The notes under the pieces: generated by a model
Told to the model about the DNA's origin: nothing
Database searches by the model: none
The model's input: only the letters and a program-made list of their open reading frames with translations
Source of the DNA: Planctomycetota bacterium
Lineage (GTDB): Bacteria > Planctomycetota > Phycisphaerae > UBA1845 > JANYLN01
NCBI GenBank assembly: GCA_025357795.1
Contig: JANYLN010000182.1
Span: 1-53,515, forward strand
Direction of reading: 5' to 3'
Length of the DNA: 53,515 nucleotides
Position numbers and translations under genes: made by a program
In this document: piece by piece, positions 27,850-38,794 of the stretch
Numbering within the stretch: position 1 is the stretch's first letter
How the letters are laid out: each line of letters opens with the position of its first letter

Positions 27850-28070
27850 AATTCGGATACGGCGTGGGTGCCACCAACGGCGCCACCAAACAGGTCTGGG
27901 CCACGCGAGCGCAGCGTGAAGCTGGGCGGGATGGGCGAGCTGGGCGGGAGCGACGAGGGGAATTCCGGATACGGTGTGGGTGCCACCAACGGCGCCACCA
28001 AACAGGTCTGGGCCACTTGAGCGCGGCGTGAAGCTGGGCTGGATGCGGGATCTGGGCTGGGTAAAGATGC
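27850..28070. repeat. Two tandem copies of a ~111-112-bp intergenic repeat
   Basis: Copy 1 starts at 27850 and copy 2 at 27961. A 41-nt core (gtgggtgccaccaacggcgccaccaaacaggtctgggccac) is identical at 27864-27904 and 27976-28016. The first ~79 aligned columns differ at ~5 positions. Each unit ends with an internal 10-mer doublet (gctgggcggg..gctgggcggg / gctgggctgg..tctgggctgg). Confidence 0.8.
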
Positions 28071-28148
28071 CGGGGGCGAAAGCGCCGCTTCCGGCGCCAC
28101 TTGACGGGCGGGGCGCGGGCCATCTGGTGTTGGGTGCGCGGCCACTGG

Positions 28149-28428
28149 TCATGTCGCGGTTGTCTGTTTTCGCACGAAAGTATATGTCGTCCACAATTCC
28201 AGCGGGGCGGCACGGAGCAGTGTACGGCAGCTGATCATTTCCGGCGCGGTGGCGCTGAAGCAGCTGCAACTGATGCTCAGTTCGCGATGCAGGACGGACA
28301 TCTGCGCGAAGGTAAACAGGGCGGTCAGGATGATGCTGGCCAGGAAGGCGAAGGGGTATCGTATCTTGGGGATGCTGCTCCAGAGGAACGCCGCCCCGAG
28401 GGCCAGGCGGAGCAGGAGGTTGAGGTAG
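28149..28428 (-). other. Coding-like frame without a canonical start codon: two predicted TM helices, DoxX/MauE-like N-terminus, CSC motif. It could be a non-canonical start, a decayed gene or an unannotated small membrane protein.
   Basis: The minus-strand frame reads NYLNLLLRLALGAAFLWSSIPKIRYPFAFLASIILTALFTFAQMSVLHRELSISCSCFSATAPEMISC... and ends at the TGA at 28149-28151. G/C is almost uniformly in third positions for the first ~60 codons. There is no ATG/GTG/TTG before the internal ATG (MSVLH, 50 aa). The frame begins +1 relative to the stop of the upstream PAC2 gene. Confidence 0.35.
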
Positions 28429-29349
28429 TTACTTCTCGTCCTCTTCGCCTTCTTCGGCTTCGTCGTCGTCGTCGAAATCGTCGAGGGTGATCTCGTCCTC
28501 TTCGTCGTCTTGTTCTTCCTGTTCGGGGGTGCTCGGATTGATGAGCTGGTTGTCGTACTGCTGCTCGAACTTGCGGACGCGGCTGGCGAGTTTGGGGTCC
28601 TTTTCGACGGCTTCGGAGACCTTGGTCTCCCACTCGTTGCTGGCGCGGCGGAGGTCCTCGATGTCGAGAGGCTGGTTGAGGATCTTGGCGAGGCGGCGGG
28701 AGACGGCCTCGATGCTGAGGGGGTTGATGCCCTGGAGGTAGCCGGGGATCTCGGTGACGAGGCTGAGCATTTCGATATCGTGGGCGGCGGCCTGGTCGAG
28801 CAGGAGGGTGGCGAAGCTGGCGGGGCCTTCGTAGTCGCTGAGCTTCATGCCGTAGCTTTCGAGCAGGGCCGTCAGGTGGGGGTGGGAGGCGGAGCCGTAC
28901 ATCCGCGGTTCGCGGGTGTGGGGGACGGTGCCGCCGAAGGAGCCCATGAAGATGATGCGTTTTACGCCTACGTGGTGGGCGACCTCGAAGATGCTGTCGG
29001 CGAACTGTTGCCAGAGGAGGTTGGGTTCGCGGCCGAGGAAGAAGACGAGGTTGGCCTTGGGGTCGCAGTGGAAGGTATTGCTGGGCCACTCGAACTCGGT
29101 GATCAGGCCGGCCTCGATGCTGACCTCCGGGCGAAAGAGGGCGGCGATCTCCATGGAGCCGGGGAAGTTAAAGATGTAGAACGGGTCGGGGTCGATGCGG
29201 GCGACGTCGGTCAGGTCGCGGTTCTCCATCATGCGCTCGACGGTGCCGGTGGAAACGAGCCCGCCGTCCATCCAGCCTGTCAGGGCCAGCAGCATTGTCG
29301 CATGATCGAGCTTGGGCTGGGCCAGGATTTCCAGGTATGGAAGCGCCAT
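28429..29349 (-). CDS. PAC2 (proteasome assembly chaperone 2-like) family protein with a strongly acidic C-terminal tail
   Basis: 306 aa. LLALTGWMDGGLVSTGTVERMM near the N-terminus and the overall layout resemble bacterial PAC2-family proteins. The tail is EQEEQDDEEDEITLDDFDDDDEAEEGEEDEK. The RBS ggagag lies 4 nt upstream of the ATG. Confidence 0.65.
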   Translation of the reverse strand: MALPYLEILAQPKLDHATMLLALTGWMDGGLVSTGTVERMMENRDLTDVARIDPDPFYIFNFPGSMEIAALFRPEVSIEAGLITEFEWPSNTFHCDPKANLVFFLGREPNLLWQQFADSIFEVAHHVGVKRIIFMGSFGGTVPHTREPRMYGSASHPHLTALLESYGMKLSDYEGPASFATLLLDQAAAHDIEMLSLVTEIPGYLQGINPLSIEAVSRRLAKILNQPLDIEDLRRASNEWETKVSEAVEKDPKLASRVRKFEQQYDNQLINPSTPEQEEQDDEEDEITLDDFDDDDEAEEGEEDEK

Positions 29350-29506
29350 GTTGCTCTCCAGGTACTACTCGTCAAAGCCGCTATAGGAGTATAGCATTGG
29401 TCGATGGAATGCGGGAGTCGCACGAAGGGCTGAAATGCATGCCGGGCAAGGCGTTTCGATAACATGGCGGGCCGGCATGGCTGCGGGCAGTTGGACAGGA
29501 GGCTCG

Positions 29507-30262
29507 ATGATGGGTGCCGAAGTGTTTGATGACATTCCGGATGCGTACGACGCGCTGGTCGATTGGCCCCGACGGTTGGGGGCGGAGGAGCCGTTCTACC
29601 GCTGGCTGTTCGAGCGGGTTGGCGCGAAAAGCGTGCTGGATGCCGCGTGTGGGACGGGGCGGCATGGGGCGATGTTTCGCGACTGGGGCCTGCAGGTGGA
29701 AGGGGCGGACCTGAGTCCGGCGATGATCGAGCGGTGCAAGGCGCGGTTCGGGGAGTCGGAGAGGCTCCGATGGGTGGTGCGCGGGTTCGATGAGCCGGCG
29801 GGCGAGGGGCGGTTCGACGCGGCGATCTGCACGGGCAACTCGCTGGCGTTGGCGCCGGATGCGGCGACGATGCAGCGGGCGGTGCGGCGAATGGTGGAGG
29901 CGGTGCGGCCCGGGGGGGTGGTCCTGGTGCATGTGCTGAACCTCTGGCGGATGGCGGACGGGCCGTGCAGCTGGCAGAAGTGCAAGCGGGCGGAGCTGGC
30001 GCGGGGGGAGAGCCTTATTGTTAAAGGTGTACACCGATCCGGGAGGCTCGGGTACGTGGATATCGTTATCACGAGGCTGGCGGGCGAGCCTGCGATGCAG
30101 GCGGAGTCGGTGCCGTTCCGGGGGCTGGAGGCCGAGGAGCTGCAGGGGATGGCGCGGCAGGCGGGGGCGGGGTGGGTTGAGGTGTACGGGGACTACAAGC
30201 GTGGGGTGTACGAGTCGCTGGGGAGTCAGGATTTGACTGTGGTGGCGGGGAGGAGGGAGTGA
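29507..30262 (+). CDS. Class I SAM-dependent methyltransferase
   Basis: The ATG at 29507 is preceded by acaggagg. VLDAACGTGRHGAMF is motif I (GxGxG), followed by the acidic residue in EGADLS. Size is ~250 aa. Confidence 0.85.
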   Translation: MMGAEVFDDIPDAYDALVDWPRRLGAEEPFYRWLFERVGAKSVLDAACGTGRHGAMFRDWGLQVEGADLSPAMIERCKARFGESERLRWVVRGFDEPAGEGRFDAAICTGNSLALAPDAATMQRAVRRMVEAVRPGGVVLVHVLNLWRMADGPCSWQKCKRAELARGESLIVKGVHRSGRLGYVDIVITRLAGEPAMQAESVPFRGLEAEELQGMARQAGAGWVEVYGDYKRGVYESLGSQDLTVVAGRRE

Positions 30263-30562
30263 GGGGGAACGGCAACGGGACTCCGAACTACGACAACGGC
30301 AACAACCCGCGGTTCGCAAGCGAGCCGGCTAGATGGGGGAGGCCGGGGGGCATAGGCGGGTTGGGGGTGGATGACAACAATCACGGCAACAGCCACGACA
30401 AAGAAAAGACACGGGGCAGGACGAGGGTTATCGGGCGTACTTGATGCATGTAGCGGGCATCGCTAGGATTCACTGCGGGGTGTGCGACAAGTTTTGGCGG
30501 GATCAGTATTTCCGATAATTGGGCGGCTGGCAGGACTGGCGGGGTCGGCGGGGCATCCCGGA

Positions 30563-30592
30563 TTGACAGGGGTGTGAACCGGCCGGTAGAAT
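30563..30592 (+). promoter_or_regulatory. Sigma70-like promoter candidate upstream of the CslA-like GT2 gene
   Basis: TTGACA (30563-30568), an 18-nt spacer, then TAGAAT (30587-30592), ~95 nt upstream of the ATG at 30686. Confidence 0.45.
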
Positions 30593-30685
30593 CCCGCTGT
30601 CATGTCCGTAGAGCCTGACATTGCTTGAGTTACGTATGGGTTTGTCGAGGGTTGGCTGTCGTACCAGAGAGCAACGGTAGACATT

Positions 30686-32302
30686 ATGGAACTGCTAGCA
30701 CTGAGCGAAGTTCTCTCGCCTGCGAGCCCGGTGGACGTGGCTGCGAACCCGATGTCCTGGCCTGTGGTGACGTTCCTGGTGGCGTGGCTGGTGATCCTGT
30801 TGGTGGTATGCATGTACGGGTTCCACCGCTGGAGCCTGGTGTACCTGTACTACAAGCACCGCAAGAACCTGCCGCAGTTGCAGGCGTGCTTTGCGGAGTT
30901 GCCGCAGGTGACGATCCAGCTGCCCATGTACAACGAGAAGTACGTCGCGCGGCGGATCATCGAGAGCACCTGCAAGATCGACTATCCGAAGAACAAGCTC
31001 CAGATCCAGGTATTGGATGACTCGACGGACGAGACGGTGCAGATCGCCCGTGCGGCGGTTGCGGAGATGAAGGCCCAGGGGTTCGACGTCGAGTACCTGC
31101 ACCGCACGAACCGGCAGGGGTACAAGGCGGGGGCGTTGTGCGAGGGACTCAAGAGCGCCAAGGGTGAGTTCGTGGCGATCTTCGACGCCGATTTCATTCC
31201 GCCCACGCATTTCCTGCACGAGCAGATCCACTACTTCACCGATTCGCAGGTGGGCATGGTGCAGGCCCGCTGGGAGCACATTAATCGAGAGTACAGTCTG
31301 TTGACCAAGACGCAGGCGATCCTGCTGGACGGGCACTTCGTGATCGAGCACGGCGCGCGGAACCGCTCGGGCCGGTTCATGAGTTTCAACGGCACGGCGG
31401 GGATGTGGCGCAAGGGGACGATTGAAGACGCCGGCGGCTGGCAGCATGATACGCTGACCGAGGACCTGGACCTGTCGTACCGGGCCCAGCTGAAGGGATG
31501 GAAGTTCGTCTTCCTGCCGGACCTGGCGAGCCCGGCGGAGTTGCCGCCCGAGATGAACGCCTTCAAGGCCCAGCAGTACCGTTGGGCGAAGGGCGGGGCG
31601 CAGACCTGCAAGAAATTGCTGCCGAAGATCCTGCAGTCGAAGATGGGCTGGCGGGTCAAGACGGAGGCGTTCTTCCACCTGACGAGCTGCACGGTATACA
31701 TTTTCATGGTGGCGTTGACGCTGTTGATGTTCCCGGCGTTGTGGTTCAAGTTCACGCTGTTCCAGAACCACCTGTTCGGGCGGGTGCTGTTCGACGTGTC
31801 GCTGTTCGTGATCGCGACGTGCTCGGCCAGTTCGTTCTACGTCTTTTGCGAGCGGGAGCTGTCGAGGTCGTGGTCGGACAGTTTGAAGTACCTTCCTTTT
31901 TTGATGGCGCTGGGAGTGGGGATCTCGCTGAACAACGCGATCGCGGCGGTCAATGGGTTCTTCGGGGAGTGCGGGGAGTTCGTCCGGACGCCGAAGTTCG
32001 GCGTACAGCACGAGGCGGACAAGACCTGGCAGCACAAGGTGGGGTTCTTCGAGGCGAAGGGGTGGGTGCAGATCCTGGCGGAGACGCTGCTGGCGATCTA
32101 CCTGACGGTCTGCGCGGTGATGTGCTTTACGCACGCGGCCCAGAAGATCACGATCGGCATTCCGTTCCTGCTGATCTTCATGGTTGGGTACTGGTACGTG
32201 AGCCTCAACAGCATCTATGGGCAGTGGGCTGGCGCCCGGGCCGCCCGCGAGGTCGAAGGGGCCTCGCCTGTGGCGGTGGAAGCGGAGCGGCGGGAGAAGT
32301 AA
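30686..32302 (+). CDS. Processive membrane glycosyltransferase family 2, CslA/CslC-like (beta-mannan/glucan synthase-like)
   Basis: Motifs are QLPMYNEKYV, QVLDDSTDET, GYKAGAL, FDADFIPP (DxD), QARWEHIN, TEDLDLSYRA (TED) and QQYRWAKG (QxxRW). There is one N-terminal and several C-terminal TM helices. An alternative start is at 30752. Confidence 0.85.
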   Translation: MELLALSEVLSPASPVDVAANPMSWPVVTFLVAWLVILLVVCMYGFHRWSLVYLYYKHRKNLPQLQACFAELPQVTIQLPMYNEKYVARRIIESTCKIDYPKNKLQIQVLDDSTDETVQIARAAVAEMKAQGFDVEYLHRTNRQGYKAGALCEGLKSAKGEFVAIFDADFIPPTHFLHEQIHYFTDSQVGMVQARWEHINREYSLLTKTQAILLDGHFVIEHGARNRSGRFMSFNGTAGMWRKGTIEDAGGWQHDTLTEDLDLSYRAQLKGWKFVFLPDLASPAELPPEMNAFKAQQYRWAKGGAQTCKKLLPKILQSKMGWRVKTEAFFHLTSCTVYIFMVALTLLMFPALWFKFTLFQNHLFGRVLFDVSLFVIATCSASSFYVFCERELSRSWSDSLKYLPFLMALGVGISLNNAIAAVNGFFGECGEFVRTPKFGVQHEADKTWQHKVGFFEAKGWVQILAETLLAIYLTVCAVMCFTHAAQKITIGIPFLLIFMVGYWYVSLNSIYGQWAGARAAREVEGASPVAVEAERREK

Positions 32303-32919
32303 GGGGAGAGATGCCCCCTCGACTACACTCGCTTCGACTCGTGGCACCCGCTGGAGAGCACGCAAGACGCAGGCGTGACACTCGGGTTGCCTCTTCTTTA
32401 TAAAGCGTTTGCAGATTATCTCTACCGAGAGGGACAGCATGGTCCTGCAACAGCGCAGGACCAAGGCACCCAAATACCTGACGCTACACATAAACCGAAT
32501 CCGATCTAGACCGCATGTGGTTTGATCCTGGGGTATTTTCCGCAAGGCTGCGGCAGGATCAGCGCCGTTTCCGCATCGTCGGGCCTGGTCTCCTGTTGCT
32601 CATTTGGTTCTAGCCTTATCCCCCATTGTCCTGCAAGGTGTTGCGTTCCTTCCACGCCCGGTTTCCCGAGAGGAACGCCAATTGCCAGTATGTTCATCCT
32701 ACGTGCAGGAGCGTGGGTTGGCTGAGCGTTAACCGGTAATGCCCAGACTGCTTACGAACAATGGATGCGGCGTGGCGGAAAATGTCCGGATGCTTGACAA
32801 CCGGGGCGCGATAGCCTCTACTTAGCCCTTTTCGAGGTGTCGCAGCCCCCTGATTGGCAGCATCGTGAGCATACCAGGCTGAAGCGGCAGACTCCCTACT
32901 GGTTTGAGGATACTCTGAG

Positions 32920-36513
<3,594 letters not shown>

Positions 36514-36624
36514 GGATTGAATGAACGCTTGGGCGGGCATGGTCCGCTGGCCGGTGGGCAGCCTGGCTGCCTGGAATCGGCCGGAGGTCAGACCCATCCG
36601 GGTTTAACCAGGAGAATAGAGAAC

Positions 36625-37620
36625 ATGGATCTTTCGACAACATACCTCGGTTTCAAACTGCCGCACCCGATCATGCCGGGCGCCTCGCCGTGGGGGCTGG
36701 ACCTGGACAAGGTTCGGCAGATGGAAGACGCCGGTGCGGCGGCGATCGTGATGCCGTCGCTGTTTGAAGAGCAGATCATCAAGGAGTCGCTGGCGACGAC
36801 GGATGCGATGGACACCCCGGCGAATTCGTTCGCCGAGGCGCTGTCGTACTTCCCCAACATCGAGGAGTTCCGCATCGGTCCCGAAGAGTACCTTGAGACG
36901 GTCCGCAAGGTGAAGGCGGCGGTCAAGGTGCCGGTCATCGCGAGCCTGAACGGCGTGACCAAGGGGGGCTGGCTGGACTACGCGAAGTTGATGGCGCAGG
37001 CGGGCGCGGACGCGATCGAACTGAACGTGTACTACCTGGCGACGGACATGGACGAGTGCGGCCGGGACGTGGAGAACCGCGCGATCGAGTTGCTGACGGC
37101 GGTGAAGGCGGCGGTGAAGATCCCGGTGGCGGTGAAGCTCTCGCCGTTCTATAGCTCGATCCCGTGCATGGCGGGGCTGCTGGACAAGGCGAAGGCGGAC
37201 GGCCTGGTGCTGTTCAACCGGTTCTACCAGCCGGACATCAACGTCGAGACGCTGGAGATGGAGCGGGTGCTGCACCTGTCGACGTCGGAAGAGTTGCTGC
37301 TGCGGCTGCGGTGGCTGGCGGTGCTGTCGGGTCGGGTGAACGCGTCGCTGGCGTGCTCGGGCGGTGTGCACACGGTGGCCGATGCGATCAAGGCCGTCAT
37401 GACGGGCGCCAATGCGGTGCAGATGGTTTCGGCGGTGCTGAAGAACGGCCCGGCCGTGATCAAGACGATCCGCACGCAGATGGCCGAGTGGCTGGAGAAG
37501 CATGAGTACAGCAGCCTCGAGCAGATGCAGGGGTCGATGAATTTGGCGCGCAGTCCGGATCCGTCGGCGTACGAACGGGCGAATTACGTGCATATCCTGC
37601 AGACTTGGAAGGCGCAGTAG
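36625..37620 (+). CDS. Dihydroorotate dehydrogenase-like protein (class 1 DHOD/TIM-barrel flavoprotein family, not PyrD proper)
   Basis: The ATG at 36625 is preceded by ccaggaga. DLSTTYLGFKLPHPIMPGASP and ELNVYY..., VKLSPF resemble the DHOD fold. The 331-aa size and the position directly after PFOR fit the 'DHOD-like protein' family as I recall it. Confidence 0.75.
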   Translation: MDLSTTYLGFKLPHPIMPGASPWGLDLDKVRQMEDAGAAAIVMPSLFEEQIIKESLATTDAMDTPANSFAEALSYFPNIEEFRIGPEEYLETVRKVKAAVKVPVIASLNGVTKGGWLDYAKLMAQAGADAIELNVYYLATDMDECGRDVENRAIELLTAVKAAVKIPVAVKLSPFYSSIPCMAGLLDKAKADGLVLFNRFYQPDINVETLEMERVLHLSTSEELLLRLRWLAVLSGRVNASLACSGGVHTVADAIKAVMTGANAVQMVSAVLKNGPAVIKTIRTQMAEWLEKHEYSSLEQMQGSMNLARSPDPSAYERANYVHILQTWKAQ

Positions 37621-37649
37621 CTTCCATCTGGTACATAGACTTACTAAGA

Positions 37650-37689
37650 CAGCACCGTCGGCCACAACCCGGCGGTGCTGCTTTGTTGG
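37650..37689 (+). terminator. Terminator candidate after the DHOD-like gene
   Basis: cagcaccgtcgg / ccggcggtgctg form a 12-bp stem with one mismatch and a 7-nt loop, followed by ctttgttgg. Confidence 0.5.
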
Positions 37690-37709
37690 CTCAGGGGCTG
37701 CTTCTCGGC

Positions 37710-37738
37710 TTGTTCCTGGTTATAACCGATGTTATAAT
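37710..37738 (+). promoter_or_regulatory. Sigma70-like promoter with embedded direct repeat (candidate antitoxin operator)
   Basis: TTGTTC (37710-37715), a 17-nt spacer, then TATAAT (37733-37738). GTTATAA occurs twice (gttataaccgatgttataa), overlapping the spacer and the -10 box. The RBS ggaggag precedes the ATG at 37768. Confidence 0.5.
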
Positions 37739-37767
37739 CAAAGGGCCTTTGGAGGAGTGACTCTGTC

Positions 37768-37992
37768 ATGGCCACTGTGAAAATCACGACCGTCGGCAAC
37801 TCCGCTGGGATCGTGCTGCCGCGGGAGATCCTGGACCGTCTTCGCGTCGGGAAGGGGGACGTTCTGTACGTGCTGGAGACGCCCAACGGCATCGAACTGA
37901 CGCCGTACAACCCCGAGTTCGTGGCACAGTTGGAGGCTGCCGAGCGCGTCATGCGCGAGGACCGCGATGTCCTGCGGAAACTGGCGGAGTGA
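37768..37992 (+). CDS. AbrB/MazE/SpoVT-family antitoxin (Phd-equivalent partner of Doc)
   Basis: 74 aa. MATVKITTVGNSAGIVLPREILDRL is the swapped-hairpin (SpoVT-AbrB) signature. The stop overlaps the downstream start (GTGA). Confidence 0.85.
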   Translation: MATVKITTVGNSAGIVLPREILDRLRVGKGDVLYVLETPNGIELTPYNPEFVAQLEAAERVMREDRDVLRKLAE

Positions 37993-38402
37993 GACCACGG
38001 ATGAAGGAATCTGTCTGGATCCGCCCGGATGCTGTCCTGGCCATCCACGCGCGCCAACTGGCCGAGCATGGTGGCGATGCCGGTGTGCGTGACGCCGGCC
38101 TGCTGGACTCCGCCCTGAATCGCCCGCGGAACCTCCTGGCTTACGGCGATCCAAAGCCTGACATGGCTGGCCTGGCCGGTTCCTATGCCTTCGGCATCGC
38201 TCGCAATCACCCCTTCGTGGACGGCAACAAGCGAACCGCCTATGTCGTCTGTCGAACGTTCCTGCTGCTGAACGGCCACGACCTCGATGCCTCTGTCCAA
38301 GAGAAATATTTTACGGTTCTAACACTGGCCGAAGGCTCCCTGACTGAGAATGACTTGGCTGATTGGCTCCGGCGCCACCTGCACGAAGCCAGCAAACCGT
38401 GA
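37989..38402 (+). CDS. doc: Doc (death-on-curing) toxin, Fic-fold kinase family
   Basis: It has IHARQLAEHGGDAGVRDAGLLDSALNRP and the Doc-type Fic motif HPFVDGNKRTA. The start is a GTG at 37989 (4-nt overlap) or an ATG at 38001. Confidence 0.9.
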   Translation: MRPRMKESVWIRPDAVLAIHARQLAEHGGDAGVRDAGLLDSALNRPRNLLAYGDPKPDMAGLAGSYAFGIARNHPFVDGNKRTAYVVCRTFLLLNGHDLDASVQEKYFTVLTLAEGSLTENDLADWLRRHLHEASKP

Positions 38403-38794
38403 CGCGCTTGCTACATAATTGTGGCAGTCAATGCCGCATGCATCGCGAACCTGCCATCACACCTGGCCCACACACAAGCGACACAGGCTCCGGTAACCAG
38501 GACCGCCACCTATTATCGTTGCATCAATGGGTGCCTGAGGCTGGCACTGGCACGGAGCCGGTAGCCTTGGCCTGGGGGGGGCAGCCGAAACGCCGACGCT
38601 ACAAGTAAATTGGGACGGCTGCAGTCGTTCATGTTTGCGGTTGCGGGTGGCGTTTATCCCTTATTCCTCTTGACTTTTTGTACCATATGTGTCAGTTTGA
38701 ATGCGGAGGTCCGTGGCGGCCAGTGTGTTCGTTTGTTCATGGCATGAGCACTCCCGCTGAAGCTGGCGCTCGGGCCGATCCGTAGGGAGACATC

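Noticed and set aside
27850-28070. Possibility that the tandem repeat is a CRISPR array
   Set aside because: There are only two copies, the units are ~111 bp and directly abutting with no unique spacers, the repeat core is not palindromic, and no cas genes are in the window.
28420-28440. Programmed +1 frameshift fusing the PAC2 protein to the downstream membrane-like frame
   Set aside because: The site (GAG AAG TAA C) lacks a slippery codon on which the P-site tRNA could re-pair in +1, and it has no RF2-like upstream Shine-Dalgarno stimulator. A fusion of a polyacidic tail to two TM helices has no precedent I know of.
30259-30444. 61-aa Asn/Gly-rich ORF (MRGNGNGTPNYDNGNNPRF...) directly after the methyltransferase stop
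   Set aside because: It has a GTG start overlapping the upstream stop, no RBS, mixed third-position composition and low-complexity aacggcaac-type repeats. It is more likely non-coding spacer DNA.
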